This document shows, one piece after another, positions 30,260 through 38,727 of a stretch of DNA of 64,000 nt. Made by a program: the position numbers and the translations under genes. Source of the DNA: Dehalococcoidia bacterium. Its GTDB lineage: Bacteria > Chloroflexota > Dehalococcoidia > SM23-28-2 > HRBIN24. Position 1 is the stretch's first letter; every line of letters begins with the position of its first letter. The notes under the pieces were generated by a model. It saw nothing but the letters and a program-made list of their open reading frames with translations. It was not told the origin of the DNA and did no database searches. The stretch is taken from positions 741 through 64,740 of the forward strand of contig DATLZD010000045.1 in NCBI GenBank assembly GCA_035574155.1, in the 5' to 3' direction.

Positions 30260-30778
30260 CTAGTCCGTGCACACGGACGCCTCATACGCGGCCGACTGTC
30301 CCGGGGCCTCCTCCACCTCTACCCGTAGGGACCGTAGGTGCAGATGGCCACGGGCCAGTAGCTCCCGCACAACCTCTTCGGCCAGGTACCGGGCCAGGCA
30401 CTCAGCGGTGGAGTTCTCCACGGGCAAAGGGACCACATCCTGCCTCGGGAACCTGTAGCAACGCTCGCCGAACCTCACCTCCCACCCGTCTTCAGTATCG
30501 GCCACCGCCAGATGGGGGTTGCGGGTCGGCAGGATGAAGCGGTGGTCAAGTCGCCGGCACAGGCCCGCCGCCACGGCCCTCAGCTCCCCGAAATCGATCA
30601 CCCAGGAGTCAGGCGTCAGGCCCCCTTCCACCTCCACAGCCACGGCGTAGTTGTGGCCGTGGAGCGGCTCGGCCTCGCCGCCGAAGGTGGCGAAGTGCGC
30701 GGCTGCGAAGCGCAGCGCATCGCCCGAAACCCTGACCCTGTAGGAGGCCTGGTTCGCACTATGTCCGTTATGTTGCAT
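30260..30778 (-). CDS. 6-pyruvoyl-tetrahydropterin synthase / QueD-like protein
   Basis: ASYRVRVSGDALRFAAAHF...LHGHNYAVAVEVEG...VIDFGEL, the PTPS-fold motifs. Confidence 0.7.
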   Translation of the reverse strand: MQHNGHSANQASYRVRVSGDALRFAAAHFATFGGEAEPLHGHNYAVAVEVEGGLTPDSWVIDFGELRAVAAGLCRRLDHRFILPTRNPHLAVADTEDGWEVRFGERCYRFPRQDVVPLPVENSTAECLARYLAEEVVRELLARGHLHLRSLRVEVEEAPGQSAAYEASVCTD

Positions 30779-30889
30779 ACCAGCACCACCCCCTGCAGTA
30801 TAGCAGCCCCGCTCACGCCCGTCGGCCCCAGCTCCACCCTTGGGCCCAGCCTTAGCCACTAGGCCAACTAACGCCCTAGCCACTGTAGC

Positions 30890-30918
30890 TTGTCTAGGAG
30901 ATGGCAAACTCTTACAAT
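30890..30918 (+). promoter_or_regulatory. sigma-70-type promoter TTGTCT-17-TACAAT in an AT-rich island upstream of the first lipoprotein gene
   Basis: TTGTCT (30890-30895), a 17-nt spacer, TACAAT (30913-30918). This is the most AT-rich stretch in the window. Confidence 0.5.
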
Positions 30919-30976
30919 TTCATCATTTACCTTGCTAGCTCCGGCTGAGTGAGGGCAACAGCCCCCGATAGGAGGT

Positions 30977-31705
30977 GTGAACGTGGGGAAGAGAGCAACG
31001 GCCACCTTGGCAGTAGCGGCCTGCGCCCTGCTGTTTGCGGCGTGTGGCGGAGGGGGAGGGCAGGAGGAGCGGGCCGCCGCTGGCACCACCCCAGAGGCCG
31101 GCCAGACGCCGGCGGCGGGCCAGACCCCCGCCGCCACACCCCGCACCGGCCAGACGGCCACGGCGGCGGCCGGGCGCGACAACCTGCCGCCCGCCCTGCG
31201 CCAGGCGGCGGAGCGGTGGCAGCAGGGCAGCTTCAAGATCACCTACGCCCTGACCGCTTTCGGCTCTCGAGACTCAATGCAGGTGGTGCTCTACACGCAG
31301 CCAGGGAAGCAGCGCATGGACGTGGCGGGGATCACCTTCATACTGCGTCAGGGCCAGCCCGGCCTGATGTGCATGGCGCTGGACCGGACGTGCGAGGAAG
31401 TAGACGCCTCCTCGGCATCCCAGGCGCCCTTCGGGATGAGTCCTGAGTCCATATCCTCGGCCATCAGCGCCTTCGGCGTAGGGGGAGGCAGCCCGCAGCA
31501 GTCGGGCCGGACCATCGCCGGCCGCCAGGCCACCTGCTGGTCCCTGGCGACGGGCACACGCACCGAGCTCTGCTTCGGTGACGACGGGGCGCTGCTGCTC
31601 ATGGCGGTGGACTTCGGCGGCCAGACCATCCGCATGGAGGCCCAGCGGGTGGAGAGGGCGTCGGACGCCGACTTCGAGCCTCCCTACCCGGTGACCAGAG
31701 GCTAG
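30977..31705 (+). CDS. secreted lipoprotein, paralog 1 of a tandem triplet
   Basis: Signal peptide with lipobox LLFAAC, a Pro/Thr/Gln-rich linker, a conserved core (GSFKITY...RTCEE...SGRTIAGRQATCWS...CFGDDGALLL) and tail AQRVERASDADFEPPYPVTRG. Confidence 0.7.
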   Translation: MNVGKRATATLAVAACALLFAACGGGGGQEERAAAGTTPEAGQTPAAGQTPAATPRTGQTATAAAGRDNLPPALRQAAERWQQGSFKITYALTAFGSRDSMQVVLYTQPGKQRMDVAGITFILRQGQPGLMCMALDRTCEEVDASSASQAPFGMSPESISSAISAFGVGGGSPQQSGRTIAGRQATCWSLATGTRTELCFGDDGALLLMAVDFGGQTIRMEAQRVERASDADFEPPYPVTRG

Positions 31706-31769
31706 CCCGCCTCCAGGTCCCAGACGAGACTGGTCGGGGTAGGCCGCCGCAGGAGCGAGGAGGGCAGGC

Positions 31770-32429
31770 ATGGTGTATAGGGACACCGCCCGCCCCCTGA
31801 CCGTGGCGGCTGCCGCCTGCGTCCTGCTGCTGGCAGTGGCCTGTGGGGGAGGGCAGGGGGAGCGGGTCGGCGGCCGCGACGACGCCCAGCGCGCCCTGCG
31901 GGAGGCTGCCCAGCGCTTGGCCCAGGGCCAGTTCAAGATAACCTACTCGGCCACCATCTCCGGCGGCGGCCAGCCCAGCCAGGGCGGCCAGATGGTCTTC
32001 TACTGGCGCCCGGGCAACTTCCGCCTGGACTTCTCGGCGGGGCCGGCCCAGATATCCCTCTTCACCAGCCAGGGCCAGGGACAGATAGGGGTCATGTGCG
32101 ACCACACGTCACGCACCTGCGCCGAGGTCACTGTGGGCCGTGACACCTCCACCCCCTTCGGGTTCGACCCCAACACCATCTGGCAGGACATACCCGGTCT
32201 GCTGGGCAGCGGGCCCCTGCAACGGTCCAGCCGGACCATCGCTGGCCAGCAGGCCACCTGCTGGACAGGACAGTCGCCCTACCGCGTGGAGGTCTGCCTC
32301 CGCAACGATGGCGCCCTGCTGTCCCTGTCCTATGAGGAGGCCGGCCAGACCTTCCGCATGGAGGCCCAGCGGGTGGAGCGTCCCTCCGACGCCGATTTCC
32401 AGCCGCCCTATCCGGTGGCCAGAGGCTAG
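31770..32429 (+). CDS. secreted lipoprotein, paralog 2
   Basis: Lipobox LLAVAC. Shares QFKITY, RTCAE, SSRTIAGQQATCW and the tail AQRVERPSDADFQPPYPVARG. Confidence 0.7.
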   Translation: MVYRDTARPLTVAAAACVLLLAVACGGGQGERVGGRDDAQRALREAAQRLAQGQFKITYSATISGGGQPSQGGQMVFYWRPGNFRLDFSAGPAQISLFTSQGQGQIGVMCDHTSRTCAEVTVGRDTSTPFGFDPNTIWQDIPGLLGSGPLQRSSRTIAGQQATCWTGQSPYRVEVCLRNDGALLSLSYEEAGQTFRMEAQRVERPSDADFQPPYPVARG

Positions 32430-32490
32430 CGGGCCTCCAGCTCCAGGGGAGGCTGGCCGGGTGTATCTATTTCCGACAGGAGGTGCGAGG

Positions 32491-33180
32491 ATGAGGAAAA
32501 GAGCAGCGGCTACGATGGCAGTGGCGGCTGCTGCCTGCGCACTGTTGCTGGCGGCCTGTGCCGGAGGGGGAGGGGAGAAGGGGGCTGGGACCATCCCCGA
32601 GGCCACCCCCCGCGCCGGCCAGACTCCCGCGGCTGCGGGTCAGGCCGGGCAGGAGGCCCCGCCGTCCTCCCTGCGCCAGGCGCTGGAGCGGTGGCAGCGG
32701 GGCAGCTTCAAGATCACCTACGCCGTGACCATCCCAGGGTTCCAGGACCCCTTCCAGGTGGTGCTCTACACGCAGCCCGGAAAGGTCCGCATCGACACCG
32801 AGGACATGACCGTCATACAGCGGGAGGGGGAGCCTGACCTGGTATGTGACAGGCAGGAACGGACGTGTGAGGAGGGGGATGCCGTCTCGGCGCTCTCGAC
32901 CTCCGTCGCGTTCGACCCCAAGGTCGCGTCCTCGACCGTTGATCTTCTCGCTGCGCCGGGGAGGACGGCCCAGCAGTCGGGCCGGACCATCGCTGGCCGT
33001 CAGGCCACCTGCTGGTCTTCCGGGACGGACACGCGCATCGAGGCCTGCTTCGCTGACGACGGGGCGCTACTGCTCCTGGCCGTAGACTACGGTGGCCGGA
33101 CCCTGGCGTGGGAGGCCCAGCGGGTGGAGAGGGCATCGGACGCCGACTTCCGGCCCCCCTACCCGGTGACCAGGAGTTAG
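32491..33180 (+). CDS. secreted lipoprotein, paralog 3
   Basis: ATG at about 32491 preceded by AGGAGG. Lipobox LLAACAG. About 85% nucleotide identity to paralog 1 over the 3' third. Tail AQRVERASDADFRPPYPVTRS. Confidence 0.7.
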   Translation: MRKRAAATMAVAAAACALLLAACAGGGGEKGAGTIPEATPRAGQTPAAAGQAGQEAPPSSLRQALERWQRGSFKITYAVTIPGFQDPFQVVLYTQPGKVRIDTEDMTVIQREGEPDLVCDRQERTCEEGDAVSALSTSVAFDPKVASSTVDLLAAPGRTAQQSGRTIAGRQATCWSSGTDTRIEACFADDGALLLLAVDYGGRTLAWEAQRVERASDADFRPPYPVTRS

Positions 33181-33215
33181 TCCAGGAGCAAGACCTAGCG
33201 CCCCATATGGCGGGT

Positions 33216-33265
33216 GCCCCTGGCCTCCCGGCGATGGCCGGGGGGCCAGGGGCGGCCTTTGTTGT
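33216..33265 (+). terminator. candidate intrinsic terminator after the lipoprotein triplet
   Basis: 17-bp GC-rich hairpin GCCCCTGGCCTCCCGGC-gatg-GCCGGGGGGCCAGGGGC followed by cctttgttgt. The T-tract is weak. Confidence 0.4.
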
Positions 33266-33280
33266 CCCCATAGCTACCCA

Positions 33281-34549
33281 ATGGTAGACTGGACTCGAAA
33301 AAAGGCCCCGTGGGCTGAGCAGATGCGTCCGCGACTGCGCTTGTTGGCAGTGATCCTGGCCGTCATCGCCCTGCCAGTGATGGGCGGGGTGGTGGGCTTC
33401 GCCCTAGGCGAGAGCAGGGGCAGCCAGCCCCAGACCCGGACGGCGCCCCCTGCCGAGGCCCCAGACTTCCGAGTCCTGCAGGAGATATACCAGATCCTGA
33501 AGGAACGTTATGTCGACCCAGACAAGGTCACGCCCGACCTCCTGCGCACCAGCGCCATTGACGGCATGCTCAAGGCCCTGGGCGACCCTCACACCCTCTA
33601 CATCGACCCCGAGAGCAAGGAGTCGGGCATCGACATCATCACCGGCACCTTCGAGGGCATCGGCGCCAGGGTGGAGCAGGACCCCCTCAGCGGCGACATC
33701 GTGATCGTCGCCCCCTTCAGCGGGTCCCCGGCTGAGAAGGCGGGCATCCGTCCGGGCGACCGGCTGTTGGAGGTGAACGGGGAGTCAACAGCGGGCTGGA
33801 GCGTCTCCCAGGCGGTGCGGCGCATCCGCGGCCCCAGGGGCACCTCCGTCACCCTGACTGTCCAGCACCGCGACGGCAAGGTGGAGCAGATAACCGTCGT
33901 CCGCGACCGCATCGTGGTGCCGACGGTGACGGTGCGGCCTGTGACCGACAGCGCCGGCCGCCAGCTCCCCGACATCGCCCTGGTCCAGATCGAGCAGATC
34001 ACGGAGCAGACGGTGCCTGACCTGGCCCAGGCCCTGCGGGACCTGAAGAGCAAGGGCACCCGCGGTCTCGTGCTGGACCTGCGCATCAACCCGGGCGGCT
34101 CCCTCAACGCTACCATCAACATCGCTGACATGTTCCTGGACGGGGGCACTATCCTCACCGAGGTGGAGCGAGGGGGGAAGGAGCGCAGCTTCGAGGCCAG
34201 GCCCGGCGGAGAGGGCACCGGCATCCCCCTGGTGGTCCTGGTAGGACCGGGCTCGGCCAGCGGCGCCGAGGTCCTGGCAGCTGCCCTCCGGGACAACAAC
34301 CGTGCCATCCTCGTGGGCGAGAAGACCTTCGGCAAGGCAACGGTGAACCAGCTCCATGACCTTTCGGACGGCGGCGCCCTCTACGTGACGGTGGCCCGCT
34401 GGCTCACCCCCAGGGGCGACCTCATCGAGGGGGTCGGCGTCAGCCCCGACATCCAGGTATCCACCGACCAGGGCCAGGGGGGCCGCGACCTGGCCCTGGA
34501 GACGGCCGTCAATCACCTGCGCCAGGTCATCGCCCAGGCCGGGCGCTGA
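33281..34549 (+). CDS. ctpA: carboxyl-terminal processing protease (S41, CtpA/Prc family)
   Basis: N-terminal membrane anchor, PDZ domain, S41 catalytic region (GPGSASGAEVLAAAL...GEKTFGK). Confidence 0.85.
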   Translation: MVDWTRKKAPWAEQMRPRLRLLAVILAVIALPVMGGVVGFALGESRGSQPQTRTAPPAEAPDFRVLQEIYQILKERYVDPDKVTPDLLRTSAIDGMLKALGDPHTLYIDPESKESGIDIITGTFEGIGARVEQDPLSGDIVIVAPFSGSPAEKAGIRPGDRLLEVNGESTAGWSVSQAVRRIRGPRGTSVTLTVQHRDGKVEQITVVRDRIVVPTVTVRPVTDSAGRQLPDIALVQIEQITEQTVPDLAQALRDLKSKGTRGLVLDLRINPGGSLNATINIADMFLDGGTILTEVERGGKERSFEARPGGEGTGIPLVVLVGPGSASGAEVLAAALRDNNRAILVGEKTFGKATVNQLHDLSDGGALYVTVARWLTPRGDLIEGVGVSPDIQVSTDQGQGGRDLALETAVNHLRQVIAQAGR

Positions 34550-34553
34550 TGTT

Positions 34554-35039
34554 ATGTCGAGCAAACGCCAGGCCCCGTCCGCGGGCGAAAAGACCATCAC
34601 CGTCAACCGCAAGGCCTACCACGATTACCAGGTCCTAAAGACCTACGAGGCGGGGATCCAGCTCACCGGGACCGAGATCAAGTCCATCCGCCTGGGCCGG
34701 GTGAACCTCCGCGACGCCTACGTGCGGCCCGAGAACGGAGAGATGTGGCTGGTGGGCGCCCACATCGCCCACTACCCGCCGGCCGGACGTTGGAACCACG
34801 ACCCCACCCGCAAGCGTCGTCTGTTGCTGACCCGCCGGGAGATCCGCCAGCTGGAGGAGGCGCTGCGCAAGGGCCAGGGCATGACCGTTGTCCCTCTGAG
34901 GCTTTATATCAATAGCCGTGGACTGGCCAAGCTGGAGATCGCCTTGGCCAAGGGCAAGCGCAAGTATGATAAGCGGGAGGAGCTGGCGCGCAAAGAGGCG
35001 GAGCGGCGCATGCGTCAGGCCCTATTGCGGCGGGCCTAG
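34554..35039 (+). CDS. smpB: SsrA-binding protein
   Basis: TITVNRKAYHDYQVLKTYEAGIQLTGTEIKSIR... Confidence 0.9.
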   Translation: MSSKRQAPSAGEKTITVNRKAYHDYQVLKTYEAGIQLTGTEIKSIRLGRVNLRDAYVRPENGEMWLVGAHIAHYPPAGRWNHDPTRKRRLLLTRREIRQLEEALRKGQGMTVVPLRLYINSRGLAKLEIALAKGKRKYDKREELARKEAERRMRQALLRRA

Positions 35040-35125
35040 CCCGCACACCCCCCAGGGATCCCACAGGACATTGCCCGTCCACCGCCGGTGGATGCCCGCC
35101 CTCGCTGGCCGGTGCCGGCCGCTGC

Positions 35126-35155
35126 TTGGCAGGGCAGCCGGCGGTGCGCTAGAAT
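35126..35155 (+). promoter_or_regulatory. candidate ssrA promoter TTGGCA-18-TAGAAT
   Basis: TTGGCA at about 35126 and TAGAAT at about 35150, roughly 14 nt upstream of the mature tmRNA 5' end. Confidence 0.35.
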
Positions 35156-35168
35156 ACAACTGCCGAGT

Positions 35169-35522
35169 GGGGACGAGCGGGTTTCGACAGGGAAGGTCGG
35201 GCCCGGACAGCAGGCCGAGGTCGCCACAGCCCTCGCTAAACAGGTGGCAAAAAGTAACTGGCGAGCGCGAACTCGCTCTCGCCGCCTAAGAACTAGGCGG
35301 CGCGTTGCCCCGGCCCTCCTCCTGCGGGCCGGAAGCGGCGCCAGAGAGCAGGGGTGCCGCCTCCCCGACGCCGATAGGGGCGGCGTAAGACAGATCGGCT
35401 GGCCCGTCGGCACGCAGCCAGCGGCGGTACGACGGGCGAGAGCCAAGCGCTGGCTAAGCCTGTAGCCGGTCCGGGTTGGTCTTCCCCTGGACGAGGGGTT
35501 CGACTCCCCTCCGTCTCCACCA
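35169..35522 (+). ncRNA. ssrA: tmRNA (SsrA); predicted tag reading frame GGC-GAG-CGC-GAA-CTC-GCT-CTC-GCC-GCC-TAA, tag (A)GERELALAA
   Basis: 5' GGGGACGAGCGGGTTTCGACAGGG..., 3' ...GGACGAGGGGTTCGACTCCCCTCCGTCTCCACCA (tRNA-like T-arm and acceptor). An A-run then GUAACU precedes the resume codon, as in E. coli. The tag ORF is at about 35260-35289. Confidence 0.85.
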
Positions 35523-35601
35523 ATTTCTTTTTCAGGTCATCCAGCCTCAGCCCGCACGGGAGCCTGTCCCCGCCTCCGTCTCCACCAATTTCTTTTTCAG
35601 G
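35508..35601. repeat. 29-bp direct repeat duplicating the tmRNA 3' end (cctccgtctccaccaatttctttttcagg) with a 36-bp spacer
   Basis: Copy 1 at 35508-35536 spans the tmRNA 3' end. Copy 2 at 35573-35601 overlaps the MFS gene stop codon. Confidence 0.8.
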
Positions 35602-36886
35602 CCCCTCGCGATGCCCCCTCCCTCTTCTCCGACCGCAACCTCCTGCCCAGGGGACCCACTGCCAGGAAGCAGAGGGCCGATAGGCCGAAGCTGGCCATGA
35701 ACATGGCCAGCGCCGCATCGTAGTTGCCCAGGGCATCGTAGAGCACGCTGGCCAGGAACGGCCCCAGGGCGAACCCCATGCTGGACACGACCCCCGAGGC
35801 GCCCAGCACCGAACCGAAGTGGGCGGTGCCGAAGTAGCGACCGATGAGGAGGGGCTCAATGACGGCGCCGTTGGCCTGCCCCACCGCCCATGCCGGCACG
35901 AAGACGGCCAGCGTCGGCGGGGCTGTCTCCCACAGCAGCAGCCCGAGGGCCGCAGCCTGCAAAAGTGCGATGCTGGCCCCCAACGTTCGCGGCGGGAAGC
36001 GGTCCGTGAGCCCACCCAGCGCTATGCGCAGGGCCGTGTAGAGGGCAGTGATGGCCGACACCAGGGCCGCCGCCCCTCCCGGCGACATCCCCTCCGACCG
36101 CAGGAATGGCACGGCATGGATAAGGAAGGAGAGCTGGGCCATGTAGAGCAGGCCCTGCCCCAGGGCGATGGCCCAGAACACCGGCGTCCGAACCGCCTCC
36201 GCCAGTCGGTAGCTGACAGCGCTGACCGCCACCGGCGACGAGGCCTGTCCGTGCGGCGGTGCCGGCTCCTCCAGTCCCATCTCAGCGGGACTATCGCGGA
36301 CGATGAACAGGGCCACCGGCAGGAAGTAGGCCAGCAGGGCCACCCCCGAGCAGACGAAGGCCTGCCGCCACCCCCACTCCTCGATGAGGAACACCAGCAG
36401 CGGCGTGAAGATGAAGCCTCCCAGGCCCAGCCCCGAGCTGGCCAGGCTCATGGCCTGTCCCCTGCGCCACCGGAACCAGCGCGAGACCAACGACTGGACG
36501 ACGACGTTGCCCAGCCAGGCGCGGGTCACGGCCGCCATCAGCAACAGGGCGTAAAAGTGCCAAAGGGAACGCATGCCCGCCAGCAGGAAGTAGGTGATGG
36601 CGGTGGGCACCGTCCCCGCCAGGAAGGCCGAGCGCACTCCCAGGCGGTCCACCCACCAGCCCGCCGCCGGCCCGGCCAGGGCGGTCAGGGCCCAGGTCAG
36701 GCCCACCGCCCCCGACAGCTCCGTGCGGGTCCAGCCCATGTCCCGCTCCAGGGACTCGAAGTACAGGCCGTAGGCCCAGAAGGAGACGCCGGAGCCCACC
36801 GCCAGGGCGCCCGTGGCGACCAGGGCCATCCACCACCCGTAGTAGGAGGGTGCCCGCAGTGGCAGGGCGAGGGCCTTTACCTTCAC
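35597..36886 (-). CDS. MFS transporter
   Basis: 12-TM-like hydrophobic profile and MFS motifs. The GTG start overlaps the cobQ stop (GTGA). Confidence 0.8.
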   Translation of the reverse strand: MKVKALALPLRAPSYYGWWMALVATGALAVGSGVSFWAYGLYFESLERDMGWTRTELSGAVGLTWALTALAGPAAGWWVDRLGVRSAFLAGTVPTAITYFLLAGMRSLWHFYALLLMAAVTRAWLGNVVVQSLVSRWFRWRRGQAMSLASSGLGLGGFIFTPLLVFLIEEWGWRQAFVCSGVALLAYFLPVALFIVRDSPAEMGLEEPAPPHGQASSPVAVSAVSYRLAEAVRTPVFWAIALGQGLLYMAQLSFLIHAVPFLRSEGMSPGGAAALVSAITALYTALRIALGGLTDRFPPRTLGASIALLQAAALGLLLWETAPPTLAVFVPAWAVGQANGAVIEPLLIGRYFGTAHFGSVLGASGVVSSMGFALGPFLASVLYDALGNYDAALAMFMASFGLSALCFLAVGPLGRRLRSEKREGASRGA

Positions 36887-38388
36887 CCCTCCAGTCCCAG
36901 CAGCCGGTATATCAGGCCCATGTCCAGGTGGGATCGCACCAGGGCCGCCAGTCGGTCGTAGGGGTCGGCCCCAGCGTCGTCCGATCGCGGCAGGGAGACC
37001 CCCTTGCGGCGGGCCAGGTTGCCCAGAAGCCGCCGCCGCAGGTGGTGGTTGTGGAACAGACCGTGGAGATAGGTCCCCAGCAGCCAGCCGTCCTCGCTGA
37101 GGGCCCCATCGGGCACGTGGCACGCCTCCCCCGACCGGGACAGGACAACGAAGGGCGCATCGGCCCCGCCCCGGGACTCGCCCATGTGGATCTCGTAGCC
37201 CCGCAGCAGCATGCCGCGGCAGCCCTCCAGCAGGCCGCGCCCGGCCTCGACCCTCGCCTCCACCTGGTGCGTGGTCTTGGCCGAGCGGAAGACGGTGGTG
37301 ACGGGTAGCAGCCCCAGCCCCTTGGCCCGCGGTAGGGGGCTCTCCACCCCCTGGGGGTCCAGCACCGCCTGGCCCAACATCTGGAAACCGCCGCAGATGC
37401 CCACCACGGCCGTGCCCGTCGAAGCGGCACGGACGATGGCCTCCGCCAGGCCCGTGGCGCGCAGGTGCTCCAGGTCGGCCACGGTGGTCTTGGTGCCGGG
37501 GATGACTACCAGGTCAGGCCGTCCCAGCTCCTGGCCCTCGTTAACGAAGCGGAGCCCCACCCCCGGCTCCCTCCGCAGGGGATCAAGGTCGTCGAAGTTG
37601 GCGATGCGAGGCAGGCGCACCGCCGCCACGTCCAGCAGCCCCTGGGCCTGCCTCGGCGCCCCCTCCAGGGCCACCGAGTCCTCCTCCGGCAGTGCCAGGC
37701 CCGGGTCGTAGGGGATGACGCCAGCCACCGGCAGGCCTGTGCGACTCTCGAGGAAGCGCAGGCCGGGCAGCAGCAGGGACTTGTCGCCCCGGAACTTGTT
37801 GATGACCAGGGCCTTCACCAGCGCCCGTTCCTGCGGCTCCAGCAGCTCCACGGTCCCCACCAGCTGGGCGAAGACGCCGCCCCGGTCTATGTCCCCCACC
37901 AGCAGGACAGGCGCGCCCACCTGGCGGGCCAGCCCCATGTTGACTATGTCGTGGGCCCTGAGGTTCACCTCCGCCGGGCTGCCCGCCCCTTCCATCACCA
38001 CCACGTCGTAGCGGGAGCGGAGCCGCTCCAGGGCCTCCAGCACCGTCGGGAACAGGGATGGCTTCAGGCGGTGATAGTCGGCGGCCCCGTAGGAGCCGAT
38101 GGGCCGTCCCATGACCACCACCTGACTGCGATGGTCGGCCTCGGGCTTGAGGAGGACGGGGTTCATCTCCACCGCTGGTGGTATGCCGGCGGCCTCCGCC
38201 TGCACGGCCTGGGCACGCCCTATCTCCAGGCCATCGGGGGTGACGAAGGAGTTGAGGGCCATGTTCTGGGCCTTGAAGGGGGCCACCCGTAGCCCGTCCT
38301 GCAGGAGGATGCGGCAGAGGGCGGCCACCAACACCGTCTTGCCGACGTGGGACATGGTGCCCTGGACCATAAGCAGGCGGCCGCCCAT
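36883..38388 (-). CDS. cobQ: cobyric acid synthase
   Basis: MVQGTMSHVGKTVLVAALCRIL..., CobQ/CbiP N-terminal ATPase and a C-terminal GATase-like domain. Confidence 0.9.
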   Translation of the reverse strand: MGGRLLMVQGTMSHVGKTVLVAALCRILLQDGLRVAPFKAQNMALNSFVTPDGLEIGRAQAVQAEAAGIPPAVEMNPVLLKPEADHRSQVVVMGRPIGSYGAADYHRLKPSLFPTVLEALERLRSRYDVVVMEGAGSPAEVNLRAHDIVNMGLARQVGAPVLLVGDIDRGGVFAQLVGTVELLEPQERALVKALVINKFRGDKSLLLPGLRFLESRTGLPVAGVIPYDPGLALPEEDSVALEGAPRQAQGLLDVAAVRLPRIANFDDLDPLRREPGVGLRFVNEGQELGRPDLVVIPGTKTTVADLEHLRATGLAEAIVRAASTGTAVVGICGGFQMLGQAVLDPQGVESPLPRAKGLGLLPVTTVFRSAKTTHQVEARVEAGRGLLEGCRGMLLRGYEIHMGESRGGADAPFVVLSRSGEACHVPDGALSEDGWLLGTYLHGLFHNHHLRRRLLGNLARRKGVSLPRSDDAGADPYDRLAALVRSHLDMGLIYRLLGLEG

Positions 38389-38469
38389 CGGCTCCTATGC
38401 TATCACGCCCACCGGCAAGCTTGACGGGGGCAGCGGCCTATGTTAAGAAGAGGGCGACCGACAACCGCA

Positions 38470-38635
38470 TAGGCTGTCTCCCGGGTGCCCGCAAGGGCCT
38501 AACAGGGAAGAGGGGTAAAAGCCCCCGCGGCCGCGCCACTGTGAGCGGGGAGCCCCGGCAAGGGCCACTGTCCCGGCAGGGGATGGGAAGGCGCCGAGGG
38601 CGACGATCCGCCAGCCAGGAGACCTGCCCGGGAGA
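38470..38635 (+). promoter_or_regulatory. cobalamin (AdoCbl) riboswitch
   Basis: GGTGCC...AACAGGGAAG...GGTAAAAGCC...CCGCGCCACTGTGAGCGGGG...GCCACTG...GGGAAGGCG...AGCCAGGAGACCTGCC, the B12-box consensus. About 90 nt upstream of cobN. Confidence 0.8.
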
Positions 38636-38727
38636 CGGGCGCGGACCTCCTCGCGTCGGGGAGGGCGCCCAGGTGGGCCGTATGGCCTCTCCTGTCCGCT
38701 CTCCCCCAGGGGCGGGGGAAGCGGACG

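Noticed and set aside
35523-35600. Integrase or island cargo adjacent to the tmRNA gene
   Set aside because: Only 36 bp separate the two copies of the tmRNA 3'-end repeat, and the flanking gene is an MFS transporter. No island is currently inserted here.
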